Source: Vicugna vicugna (Eukaryota). Taken from it: DNA of 64,000 bases. Positions 31,376-43,730 of this stretch are shown in pieces (the first letter of the stretch is position 1; every line of letters begins with the position of its first letter). Position numbers and translations under genes: made by a program. The DNA lies in NCBI GenBank assembly GCA_013265495.1, contig MU062841.1, positions 15,123,200 through 15,187,199 on the forward strand. The letters run 5' to 3'. Below the pieces are notes generated by a model. The model saw only the letters and a program-made list of their open reading frames with translations. It made no database searches and was not told the origin of the DNA.

Positions 31376-32599
31376 ATGGAAGGTGCTGTGGACTGGATCT
31401 GATCACTGTGGTCTGACTGGCCTTGGCCCAGCACCTGCCTCAAGCCCCCGAGTCGGGGTGGGAAGTGGAGTGTGAGGGTTGGGGCTGCTGATGGTGGGCG
31501 CAGTCAAAGCTGAGTCCGTCTGACGTCGTGCGCCACACCTCTGTCAGCACTCTTATCGGCAGATTAGACAAAGGAAACCCAGTTACGCAGCTGACACAAA
31601 CTGAGAAGGGTACAGAATCCCGCTGGTCACTGTTTTTCAAGATTGAAAAAGGCCCACTGCTGCCAAAGGGCCATTGCTGTCAGATTTCCCGTCCTTAGGA
31701 CCTCTGCTTTCTGCACAAAACCTAGCCCCTCTTTCTTGTTCTGTATCTCAGGGGCTGGCTTCTCTCCTCCTCCTCCTAGCTGTTTCTTTGGGATAAGGGA
31801 GGCGGTGGGAGAACTGGCAGGTGCAGGAAGGTGGGTTGGTCTCTGACTTGAAATCTATGAAAAGATCCTAAAGATATACAGCCTCCCTTAATGAAACGAA
31901 ATCCAAATTCTCCAAGGTTAGCAACGTAAGAGACCTAATTGTTTCAGGGAAAGCCGTCTCCCTGCTGAAGCTCCCATGGCCAACCTTCTGCTGGCCTTCG
32001 GGCTGTGCTTTATGTACCTAAAACCCTAAGTTTTTTCTGAGACAGGTTGGACATTGCCAAATATTTTATGAACTATTAAGAAAAACAGGAATATAAGTAC
32101 AGAGACTACAAAAAGCTTTAAACAAGTCTGGCTTTTAAGTGTAGGTTTTTTATTCTGTTAGAGCTTCTGGGTTTATAAAGCTTGTGCTAGACTCCCTGTC
32201 ATCCTCATTACCTTCGCCCTTCTTTGGAGGTACCCTTCTTTGTTTGGGTGTCTTACCTGCTTTGTAGGTAAGGCTACAAAGCCTGGACTTAACATGAAAG
32301 TACCATTCTTGAGGTCCATACCTTCAGGAGCTGTTTCTTAAACTTCTTGACTCCTTCTTGATCAAGACTACTCCATTCTGACTCTGCAGATCTCTTAAGG
32401 CTCTCTCCCCCATTCTGGTTTCAGGTCTAGGAGAAAAACCTCTTCACTAAGTAAAAGACCCCTTTAGGGAGCCCACCCTAACTGAAATTCCTGCCTCTTG
32501 GAAGGACTTTTGCAGCTCATCTGTATAGTATCAGAGATAGCTAACTTTTTTTGGTTCTTACTAGTTAGGCACTAGGCATTATGCTAAGCATTTTAATAA

Positions 32600-32980
32600 T
32601 TTACTAATACTTTGGCTTGCTTACTGTGTGCCTGGTATTGCTGGAAGCGCTCTGCATGTATTGACTAATGTAATTCTCAGAACAAGCCTGTGAAGTAGAA
32701 GTCATTATTCCCATTTTGTAGATGAGAAAACAGGCGCAGAGGATGAGCGACCTACCATGTTCCATAGCTGGTGACTGACAAGCAGCCTGACTGCACAGCT
32801 GCCTTCTGGTCTGTACTATATGCAGATGATCAAATCATTCATTTAATCCTGACAACAGAGATGGAAGATAGGTTTTCTTTAGAGATCTTAAATAATGTGT
32901 CTGAGGTCTCACAGCCAGTCAGTGGCCATGCTGGGTTTTTAACCAGTCTGCTCAACTCCAGGACCTGAGCTCTTAGCCAT
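32600..32980 (-). mobile_element. MIR SINE fragments
   Basis: aattctcagaacaagcctgtgaagtagaagtcattattcccattttgtagatgagaaaacaggc; later gaggtctcacagccagtcagtggc. Confidence 0.75.
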
Positions 32981-35341
32981 GCGTTTCCTTCCTGGGGGCT
33001 CTCATGCTGCCCCCGCTGGTGTTCCAGCAGTTGAACCTACCTAGGTGCTTGGCTACTCAAATGGTATAACAACATTTTTGTTCAATTTTTAGAAACTATT
33101 TATAGATTTTTCTCAGTTGTAACTATTTCCTGTGATTTTTCTTTATCAGTAGCAGCCAATAAAGCCAGTACTAGCAGGTGATGGAGTAAGAGGTCTTGAA
33201 CAGGGAGTGTGTGTAACCAGAGAAACGAGAACCTGGGCTGGCCTCGTGGGAATCACTTTTCTTTTATAGCATATGCATAATAGTTGTCTTTTAATGCCAA
33301 TAAAATGCAATGAAATTAAATATAACATTTTTATAGCGTTCTACATAAGAGCAGTGGGACTTTTTGAATCGGAGAAGTTTGAAAGCCATACACAATCATA
33401 TCTGAAAAAATTCAAAACATGTATCTTATAAAACAAGTCTAATTAAACTCCACAGCATTCTTACAACAAGAATGCTTTCACTGCAGGGAAGGTTGCAGGG
33501 TGGGGCCCTGACCTTCTGGCGGGGAGTCCTCCCACAGCCTGAAGAGGGGCTGAAGGAGGATTGCCCCTTTCTCTCTGGCTGCCTTGAGGTGGGGCAGTGG
33601 AGCTAGGTCTGAGCAAGAGATCATCCTTTACCAAAGCCGAAACTATTACAGGTACTGCACTCAGAGCTGACGGTGGCCTCTTAGCTTTCACGTAGTCCTG
33701 GGCTCAAGCAGCTTTACACATTCAGACTGGACATGCTTGTTAAGGCTAGGCTGGGGGAAATAACTACTTTCTTCAGTTAGTTCCAGGTAGAGAGTAGATG
33801 GCTGTGATTTCTGGATTGAGAACTCAAAATCCCTGGAGTTAAACCTTCCTCTTCCCTCTCAGGGTAATTTTCCATCCTAGCAGGGTGTGGCCATGACTCA
33901 GTTTGTGGTGGGGATGTGGCGGCCCATCTGGGAGGAGCCTTCTGCCAGATTCTGCCTTTCCTTCTGGCCATTGGGGAGAGAGGGAACAGGCTGGTGCTGA
34001 GTCATAACTGGGTTACTTACCAGCTCTCACAGGGTGGATTCTGAGATGGAGGTCTGGGCAATGTTGTAGCTTCTAGGACCAGTTTAGGGGTGGTGGGGAC
34101 GCAGTTCCCTCAGAGCCCCCCTTCCCCGGAAGGGGTGGGAATAAAGCAGCTGCAGCTCATTTGAAGGGGTCAGTCTCTGCAGTAAAGGACTTTCCACAAA
34201 CACTTCAGAACCACCCTGCAGTGGGCCCAAAGATGCCACCCTTCAACTTAAAGCACTGCCTACAAGAATTATCTAGGAGAAAGACCAAGTCTCCTTCGTC
34301 CTAGCTGCCCTTCCTGGGACACGTGGTCAGGTCAGCTGGCAGCCAGTGCGCATATAGGTGGAGGCTGGAAGTATGCTGCCAAGGAAACTGGATTTTGATT
34401 GAACTGCAGCGGGAGGGCTTCCTGGGGGAGGGGGCACTTGATCTATTGTTTGCTCATGCCTTTCTTGGTCTTCCAAGTCTTGATTACTTTGAGGGAATAG
34501 AGTTTGCTTACAATTCCACTTGCATCTTAGGGAGCCCGGGCTCTGGCTATGCTTCTAGGAGAAAAGGAGAGAGCACAGGCCTCTGAGGGAGTGGCTTGGT
34601 GGACAGGACTAAACCACCCCACGGAGGCTTTGTCCTGTGAGCCCTAGCGGTTCTGAACTAAGAGGAAAAAAGGCCAGAGGTCATGTTGGCTGAGGCAGTA
34701 CTTCCACTGGAATCAGCAAGGACTCCTCCAGAATCTTCCCTTCTTTTTCCAAGTGCTGATGAGACATTGCCTCTGGAGAGGGCACCTAGAGACACAGTTG
34801 CATTCAGAATTCATCCTTCACTGTTCCTTTCCCCTGGAACAGCCTTCCCGTACCCGTCTCTGTGGTAACCAGCCCTCATGTCTCCTCCAGGAATCCTTTC
34901 CTTTCACCCACAGACAGCCTGTTCTCTCTTTATCCCTAACTCCAAAAAGCCAACTTTCTCTTCCTTCCAGGATTTGTCTGGGGAAAACTCACGAATTAAG
35001 ATTTTCTGCCACCTTTGTGGCCCTGAAGAGATCTTGGGAACCTGAAGGAACACATAGAAGAAATTAGGAAGTCTGCTTGGTCTGGCTCTGGAAAGGGCAT
35101 ATAAAATCTGAAGTGATAAGCATTTCTAAACCTGTCAGGCCAATGGGCTGCCCTGGAAACCTGTACTGGCCTGAGAGAAGTAACACTTTCAGACAGAGGC
35201 CAAGAGGTCCCATAATGGTAAAGCCGGTAACCTTACCCACTTCACCAGGGCCAAAGCTTGTCTCTGGGCTTCAGGGTTGGGTCACGTATTGTTTGCTGAC
35301 ACATGTACCTCAGCTCCAAGTGACCATCAAGAGTTAAATCA

Positions 35342-35529
35342 GGCCGCTCTCCCTTCTGAGTGAGAGGGGCCCCTCTCTGTCTGTAGAGTGTGTATTTACT
35401 TTGACTTTAAACTGAGCACCCAACCCCCACACCTCGCAGCCTTTCTCTTGCCTTCTGAAGCAGCCTGCACTCTTGTCTATGGAGTATGTATCTCTGAATA
35501 AATCTACCTTTACTCAAAAAAAAAAAAAA
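35342..35529 (+). mobile_element. Polyadenylated LTR-like fragment flanked by TSDs
   Basis: agttaaatca at 35332-35341 and 35529-35538; AATAAA 35497-35502; A14 tail 35516-35529. Confidence 0.7.
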
Positions 35530-37719
35530 GTTAAATCATTAGACTGCACATGCTGTGGTACAGAATCCAGACAGGTAACCACAACCTCCACCCTCGCTCA
35601 CATTTCAGTCCAGTGAACCTGGCCATTCTCTCTCCTGTCCTGCCAAGTCCCTGAGCACAGGGGAAAGGTGACGAGGAGCCTCACCTCTAGGGGAATCTGT
35701 GTCCACCCCCAGCTTCCCCAGTTCCCTGTAGTCCTCGGTTACTTGTTGCTGGGTCAAAGCACTGAGGATTGAGGAGGATGGCTCAGAGAAGGGCAAACCT
35801 AGTTACCTGAATTGAGAGAGATGTTCTGGCACTGGTCACAAGGACAAATCTCAGAACTAGTTAGTTGTCAAAGAAAGAGGATGCCTTTTGGGCACTGTGC
35901 TGTGCTCATGCACAGACATTTGATCAAACCCCCACCTTAGGAAGCAAGAGTTGTCTTCAGTTTACTTTTAAGGAACTGGACTCACACATTAAGTGATAGG
36001 GTATGGTTATAGGGCTAGTGAGTGGACGTAAAACTAAATGTGATGGGAACCTAGGCTTTCTTCTGTATATACTGTGCTGCTCAGCAAAGCAGTGACAACC
36101 ACCTTAAACTCAGTGTGACAAATGTTCATTATGCATCTAATGTGAGCAAAGCTATGCTGGATTAGTCTCTGCCAGAGGTTCATGGACAGCAGTTTTGTAA
36201 CTGCTGGATGATCAGTACCTGTAACTAAAAGGCAGTAGTTTGTCATCCACTCTCCAGTTTAGCACATGTGCTTTTCAATCTTGGGAACATATCCAGATTT
36301 AGATCTTCAAAATGCAACATAGTCCTGCACTGGCCAGCTCGCTGCCACTCCAGTGCTGTCCACTACTGTACTTAGTTCATCTGTAGCTCGAGCCAGAGAG
36401 GGCCATTTATGCCATTCCTCTCTCTGGATAAGAAGGAATCTGATTCTCCCTAATGGGGCATGACTTTTTTTCCCCTCTCAGCAACTTCATGTGCTCTCAC
36501 CACTTCAAAAACCAAGCATTTACTTCCTATCTGCAACTAAGGAGACCAGAAAAAGCTTACAGAATGAATTTAAAGATTTTTTAACTCAAATTCACTTCTG
36601 GCTGTCACTTTCTCCTTCCAGCTTATCTGAGCTAACAGGAAAGCATAATGGCCTGTGATTCAGCTGCTAGCAGGTACCACCCATTGGTCTCATTTTCCAG
36701 GAAAAGGAAAGAACCTAATAGTCTTCACGATTTTTAAGGGGCAACATTGTATCTGCTCTCATAACTTTGCTGAAGAAAGGCAAGAGTTAACAGCCGTTTC
36801 ATTGATAACTGCTGTCATCGCTTATTGTTGGCTAATTACTGGGAAATTAGAAAATACCTTGTAGAAAAATGTAAGAAAAGCTCTCCAACAAGACTGGATT
36901 AAATCCACAAGGCTGAAAACATAAGTGCTGACTCCTGCAGAGATTACTAGCTAGCGTTGACTTGGTATTTCCTGATGGTCAGTTCCGCACTAATATTAAT
37001 ATCTTCTATTCACTTTCTACTCTCAGGCGCTCGCTGCGCAGGACTCCAGTCCCTGCTAAAGTATTCACGTGGCCCTGACTTGTTCTTCCTAGTTCCAGAG
37101 CTGAGAACAAAAGGGCCTCGTGCTCCCGCTCCGAGCACACTCCGCCCTCCCCAGTTCTCCCTCCCCCCATTCCAATGTCGGAGCCCCTCCGAAGGCGGCC
37201 CCGCAGCTCCAGCCATCCATCCCCCGAGCCTCAGCCCCTCCCCACCCTCCGGTTCGGCTCCGTCTCCGGGGTGGGTGCTGCCCGGGGACCCATAAATCTG
37301 GGCGCCATCTGGGGAGGCCCTGGCAGCCCAGCTGGGGTGCCCTGGGCCGAGGGTCAAGAGAGGAGCCCTGGTCCAGCATTCCAACTTGGCGGCAACAGGT
37401 GTCCGGGGCGCCGGGGGGGGTCTGGGAGGGAGGGCCCCGGGGCTCCGGGGCGGCCCCGCTGCCTCGCCGCTTCCCCATTGGCCGCTCGCTGCGGCTTTAC
37501 GCGATGCTGCTAGAGTGTCCTTCCGCCACGGAATGTAGTCCTCCTCGGAAGGGCAACTTGAGCGCCCGGCCCGCCCCGCCGCGCTTCTGCAGAAGGTGGC
37601 TGCGCCCGGCGAGGCCGCGGAGGGGCGGGGCCTCGAGCGGGGGCTGGGATTGGGCAGGGGGCGGGCCGGCGGAGGGATCGCGGCGCCCGCAGCCGGTATA
37701 ACCTTGAAGCTGAGGCCAC

Positions 37720-37815
37720 GGATCCCGCACTCGGGCGGCGCGTAGTGATCCTCCGGACGTCTCTGCAGCAGCAGCAGCAGCAGCAGCAGCGCATCCTAGC
37801 CAGACCACGTCGGAG
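37720..37815 (+). other. PKM: PKM non-coding exon 1 (5' end approximate)
   Basis: Starts about 20-30 nt after TATAA; donor GAG|GTGAGC at 37815/37816; contains (CAG)8. Confidence 0.7.
37766..37789 (+). repeat. (CAG)8 trinucleotide repeat in the PKM 5' UTR
   Basis: Counted directly. Confidence 0.9.
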
Positions 37816-38818
37816 GTGAGCTGGGGGTCCCCACCTGGGCTCCGTCCGCCCGGCCGGTGCGTAATCCTGGCCTGCCTGCACGCAGGGCATCCGTACCGGG
37901 GCGGAGCAGAGTCCTGGGCATCTTGGACCCATCCGGTTGGGGTCGGAAGAGAAGAGAAAGGCTGCTCGGGCCTCGGGCCTGCCCTTCAAAGCCCCCGGCT
38001 CCTGCTTCCAAAGGCAGATGGGTCAGCCAGCCCATTTTCTGCCCCAATTCCTGACTTCCCTCACCCCCATCTGGTCCCATCCTCGCCGCCCTCCCTTTAT
38101 TTTCTCCTAATCTGGTATTTGCTTTCTTCCCTCGTCTTCTCTCCTCCCCACTCTGCTCCTGTGTTTGCCGCCTCCCCTTCCCCGGTAATACTGTTCCTCT
38201 CGCTCCCTCGTCTTCAACCTTCCTCCCTCATTCTGATGCTTTTCTTGTAACCGCTCCTTGAAACTCCTCTAGCTCCGCGCCCGCTTCCCTCCTCCATTCA
38301 GGTCTCCCTCTGTCCTTGCCGTCTCCTCATGCCCACCCCATTCATGCCTTGTCCCCCCCATTCATGCCCTGCCCCCCCCCCGTCACGTCCGCTTCTCCGC
38401 ATCCGTCTTGGCTCCCTCCTTCGCGCCGCCGCGTCCTCGCCCCTCCCCCTGTGTTCTGGTCACGTCCGCCTGTCTCCCGCCCCCGCCCCTCGGCCGCCCA
38501 TCTCAGTCCTGCCCCTTCTCCATCACGTCCCCCAATCTCGGGCTCTCCCGCAGCCCCGGGCCCGCGTCCCGGGTCACTGCCCGACGCGCAGTGGTCTGCG
38601 GATGGGCGGTCGCGCGATGCAGCGGCGGCCCGGGGCCCAGCTGGAGGGTTACGTAACCCTTGGCCTTCCTCGCTGCGAGGGAAGAAGGGGTGCCTGCCCT
38701 GTGGCGCGTCCGTTTTGTGCCGCCCTAAATTCGATGGGGCGGCCGCAGCGCTGCGCTCGCTCCGAGCGGGTTCACTGAGCTCCATCCCGCCGCCGTGTGG
38801 CTGCACGTAGCGCCCAGG

Positions 38819-38892
38819 GCCCGCCCCGCCCCGCCCCGCCCCGCCCCGCCCNNNNNNNNNNNNNNNNNNNNNNNNNNCCGCCCCGCCCCGCC
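38819..38892. repeat. (CCCCG)n pentamer tract interrupted by a 26-nt N-run
   Basis: ccgccccgccccgcc on both sides of N 38852-38877. Confidence 0.85.
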
Positions 38893-39124
38893 GTATCATG
38901 GACCACTGACCTCGCGGGCCGTTATGGCCAAGCATCAACTCCGGCCCTGCAAGCCTCTGCGTGCTGCTCAGAGGCCTCACGTTCGAGGCACTCACCTGGC
39001 TCCCCGCCTCCGATGCACGTTGCTTAACAGATGGGCCCGACTGCAGAACGCAGAAGCCACAGGGTGGGGTGGGAGCAGGTTCTGGGGAGAGTAGAAATAT
39101 GTCAGGAGCTTGGTGCCGTGTACC

Positions 39125-39350
39125 ACATTCACTCAATAAAAACTCGTATGCTTAAACTGTTTTGGGGGGGGATGTGGGAACCAGGATGATTAGAACGGGC
39201 ATAGCCCGTGGAACTCATGATCTAATTGGGGAACGAACATAAAACGCATCACTGGTGAGTGCTGTGAGGAAAGTCCACACTTCCTGCTGGGGGTTGAGGT
39301 CAGGGGAGGGCACCTGGAGGCCTCACTAAGTGGCATCACACTGGTTTTGA
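39125..39350 (-). mobile_element. L2 LINE 3' end
   Basis: cattcactcaataaaaactcgtatg...ggaactcatgatctaattgggga. Confidence 0.55.
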
Positions 39351-42169
39351 AGAAGCAGTCTGAAGCTTATTTAAAGACCCAGTAATGGAAAGGCATCCTT
39401 GGCTTCTTACCTGTGTTCTTCAAACCCGGGACATCGATCCTTATAAGGATGAGCCTGATAGTTGAGGTCCAGGCATGATGGACGGAGGCATTGGGAAATT
39501 GGAAACAGGCTTTTAGAATCAGGTTTAACTCACTAACATACTGATACGAATAATGGAGGGGATTCATTATATTCATTATTCGTGATTAATGGAGAGAATG
39601 AGCCTCAAGACGTCAGTGTCCCATGTGTAAATTGTAACATTTTCCTGTTGATGGTGGGAAGGATTGGTCGCTATATACACACCACATGGATATATGTTGA
39701 GTACTCAGTGCAGCGTCTAATCTCTGGTGCGATGCCTCCAAAGATAATCTTTTGGTCACTGAGCACAATTACTTAATCCATAATTGAGCATGAGGGCTCC
39801 TCTCTGCCATCCCCATAATACGTATTCATAGTTGGTCTTCCGGAGTCGGGCTCTGTAAATACCAGACATCTGGAAACCGGTCCCCTCAGGGACCCTGGGA
39901 AGGTGTTTGCAAAGTAACTAATAATGTTAATTTGCAACTCTCCACTTGGAACAGGAGCTCTTTGGTCTCCTGAAAATGGGACCTCTAGACAAAGGAAGGA
40001 AAAAGAAGGGGGTGATTTTCAGCCTTTGTTATTTGGCTACAAGAGTAGAAACAAACTTGCAACGACAAGACTGAAATGTTCACATTCCATTCCCTCGGGT
40101 TCCAGGTAGGCCTGTAGGATTTGCTCAGCCAGCTGATAAACGTGAGGTTAGGGTTAGAAGCAAAGGGCATTCCTGGCCAGACTGAGGGTGTGGCCACTCC
40201 CTGGGATACAGAGGAGGGCCTAGGTCAGGACTCTGCAGCATTGTTAGCAAATAATTCACCCTCAGGTTGCCTGAGGATGCGGTTGGGAATGCAGTGGGGC
40301 TTTTCTGAGGGGAAGAGTATGTAACCTGTCAGGTCTGTGTGGGTTGTAGGGGGAGGCTGTGGGGAAGATGACTCAACCTTTGAATTTATCCGCTTTTAAG
40401 AGATCTCTCTTCATTGGGTGAGTGGGCAAACTGCCTTGTGGTCTTTGCAGGCTTTAAAAGTCCCCTCTCCTCTGTCAGTGAGTCAAATAATGAAGCATGC
40501 ATTTCCCACAGTTAAAAGTGTCTCAACGTAGTGAAGACAGTCGTGGTCCCAGGCTCTCTATATTGCCCTAAGAGCTTATGTGCAGCAGGGCAGAGTCCCA
40601 TGCCCAGGTAACACAGTCTGCACAACTGTATTCCTGAGCCTTCTGCAGTGGGCATGGCAGTCCTTTTGGGAATTAGAGTTGTAATGGACATGAATAATGA
40701 TGACTTAAAGAATGTCCTTGAACTCGCTTCTGAGTTACTAGACTTGAGCCAAAATATATGGACCTTAGTCTTCTGTCTAGGACAGCTGCTCTCATTTTAA
40801 GCCCTGAATTAGAAGTGAATAATTTTAGTGTTGAATTCTCAGTTTAACCAATAGCATTACTGGGTCTTGAGGAATTGCACCCCCAGTGATTTGGCAAATT
40901 TGGTGGTTGTGACTCCAACAGACCTAGCGCTTTCTGGGAGGTGCTTTTCTGACTTGAGTATTGTGACATTAAGGTGGGGTCACAGGAAAAGCCATTTTAT
41001 GTCTTAAAACTGCTCGTTTCTTAATGTCGAGGCAATAGAAGAAATGAGGAAATGGTTGAGAGCAGGAAGGTAGAAAAAATACATCTCCTGCATTACAGAC
41101 TTGCACTACAGAGGTTTCCATTTATTTTTTCTCAGCTTTTATGAAGGGAAGACAGGGTGTGTTATTTTGGCTGAGAGCCAAGACTGACGTGAAGTTAGGG
41201 GAAAATGACTCATTTGACATTATCTTTATTTCTGAATCATTCAAAATGCCCAGTCAAATCCAGTTAACTGGTAACACCGCAAGAGGAAGTCGTCCCGGTG
41301 AGCAGAGTTTTCTTGCAACCTCATTGAGGATCTTGCGAAACATAAAAGTGGTTTATTTTGTAAAAGGTCTTATAGGACCTTGAATCATCGCTTTAAGCAT
41401 CAATTCTAGAACAGATAGGAACAGAGCTAAGTGAGGACTGTTCTTAATATGAGTGTACTTTCTGGGAACTTGCTTTTTTTCCTTTTTAAACGAGCCAGCC
41501 GCCTTAGACGAGATGAATGAATAAGCTGATTACCTGGGGCTTTGTTAAGGAAGCTGTTTAGGGGCAGGTAAGCCAGGGTGTGTGGGGAACGGCGGTGCAC
41601 AGCTGCTTGGTGTGACCGCTCAGCTTAGGAGGGGAGGTTGGCAGGGCCACCAAGTGGTGCAGCCCCGCCCCCGCGGCCGTTTTTCCTGCATTGGTTTGTG
41701 CTGGTCTGCACGTAGGAGGGGAGCCAGGCTGCGGTACTTCTGGTGGCCTCTGCGACTCACCTCCCCCACTTCTCTCCATATGCAGAACTCCTGGGGAGCT
41801 GTAAGCCTCTCTTTCCTGACGCCAGCAAGCTGTGTTTAGAAGTCAGATAAGGGCTTTGGTGGGGGAGATGCCAAGCTGTGTTAGGGCAGTGAAGTTTTAC
41901 TGATACAGTAAAAAAAAAAAAAAAGTCTCCCAAGGGAGTCCTAGCCCTTCCAAATAATTCAATCAACCTACAGATAATATTTATTTAACTTTAGATGACT
42001 GGTGTCTCCTTATCTCGGGTGATGAGTGCTGAGTCAGTCATGGTACATGAGACAAAATCACCTGGATTTTGGAGGAGCCCTGGATTTTGATCTAGTTAAG
42101 GGGCAAGGAAGTAAAGACTTGATAAACTAAACTATCCTAATACCCCATCTCCTTCTTTTGTTATTACAT

Positions 42170-42880
42170 TAGAGAGCAGATTAACACGTCAGCCATCAGA
42201 TGGGCAAACATTTAAAAAGTCTGATATATCAAGTGTTGGCAACGGACGAGGCAAGAATTCACTCTACTGGTTGGTTGTAAATGGATATAACCCCTTTGGA
42301 GAGCAATTCAGCAATATTTAGTAAAATAGAAAATAAATGTACCCTTTGGCTCAGGAATTCCATTTCTGGATATATAGGAGCTCGCACCTGCACAAGGAGA
42401 CGTGTGCTAGGAGCGTCATCACAGTATTGATTCCTAAGGGGGAAATTGGTTTAGTGGGGAAATGATCAACTAGTAAGAGAATGCATAAGTAGATGGTATA
42501 ATCGTGCAGCGGCCTAGTAGAGCGGTTCGTATGAATGAACTAGGTCTGTGTACCCACTGGATAGATTTTAAATGTGCTGGGGAAAGCAAGTTGTGTGATG
42601 ACGCCTTACAGTCTACCCCTGAGGGCGTTTTAGAAAACAACAGTGTCAGAGTGAGGATCAGTGTAGACACAGACACACTTAAATGAGCTAGGAGGGTGCA
42701 AAACGCATGACAATGGTTGGGTGTCAAAGTCCATGGTGGGGTGAGGGTGGGAGGGACCTGGAGGTGGAGGAAAAAACTGTATAAACTAGTAACTTTTTTT
42801 CAAGTCTGAAGGAAATCTGGCTAAATGTTAATGGTCAGTTCTGGGTGGTGGAATTGCAGATGTTAATATTTCTTTCTTTT
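42170..42880 (+). mobile_element. Old L1 (L1ME-like) ORF2 end / 3' UTR
   Basis: gatgggcaaacatttaaaaagtctgatatatcaagtgttggc; ctttggagagcaattcagcaatatttagtaaaa; ggaattccatttctggatatata. Confidence 0.8.
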
Positions 42881-43617
42881 CTTTAGTTCGAAACAAAATA
42901 GAAGCAAACCTATGATGGTCACGGTAGGAAAAGCAGGCCTACTAAGTAGGTCAGTGCTCTAGGAGAGCTGGCACTGCCCTTCCTCCTTCCGTCCCCCGCG
43001 CCTCGCCCTCCCGTCCACCCCCACCCCGCAATGGTGATGCAGGGCAGCTCCTCCTTTAAGTGCTGAGCCAGTGCCTCCCTTTACTGAGGCCGTCACCCGT
43101 CCAGGTATTGGACCCGGCTTGGAAGGGACCTGAGTCATAGTCCCAGGGCCATTGCTGCTTCCAGAGAGTATATACGCCCTGAAGCTCTGCCTCATTTTTT
43201 TAAGCCTGGTAAGGAGCACAACGCAGTAGAAGCTTCACCTAAATTTCCTCCTTCAGACTGAAACCAGTTCTCTGCTCTGAGCATCTGTGATCAAGCCCGG
43301 AAATCCTCGAGCACCTGAGGACGTCGAGGTCTCCTGGACCTGGGACTCCTGCCCTGGAGTTGAGTGGTCCCTTGGAGGGCAGGCCCACTTAGGAGCAGCT
43401 TTTGTGCCCTGTTCCACACTTAAATTTAAAATAAGATTTTGAGCTCCTGCTTGTAAAATATAAATCACTTAGTTCTAGCCTGGAATAAAAGAGCACGGGG
43501 ATTTTACCTGAACCTGCAAGTGGGCTCACTGTGTTTCGGGTAACCCGGTAACACCAGCCTTTGCTTTCTGTGACCGGGCTGGCTCTGCGTAGAATGAACT
43601 TCAGTACTCCCATCCCT

Positions 43618-43730
43618 GGGGAGGGGGATGTAGCTCAAGTGGTAAAGCGCATGCTTAGCATGCAGGAGGCCCTGGGTTCAATCCCCAGTACCTCCTCCCA
43701 AAATAAGTAAACCTAGTTACCTCACCCTCT
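43618..43730 (+). mobile_element. Camelid Vic-1-like SINE
   Basis: gggggatgtagctcaagtggtaaagcgcatgcttagcatgcaggaggccctgggttcaatccccagtacctcc plus aaacctagttacct tail. Confidence 0.9.

Larger units (their letters stand above)
37000..39060 (+). promoter_or_regulatory. PKM: CpG island / PKM promoter and first-intron regulatory region
   Basis: CpG-dense; E-box CACGTG 37066-37071; GC boxes near 37622 and 37657; TATA-like TATAA 37697-37701; clustered CACGT cores in intron 1. Confidence 0.85.

Noticed and set aside
36957-39136. Multiple 100-260 aa ORFs around the PKM promoter, including poly-Ala and poly-Cys readings
   Set aside because: GC-content artefacts; the homopolymers are alternative frames of the (CAG)8 repeat.
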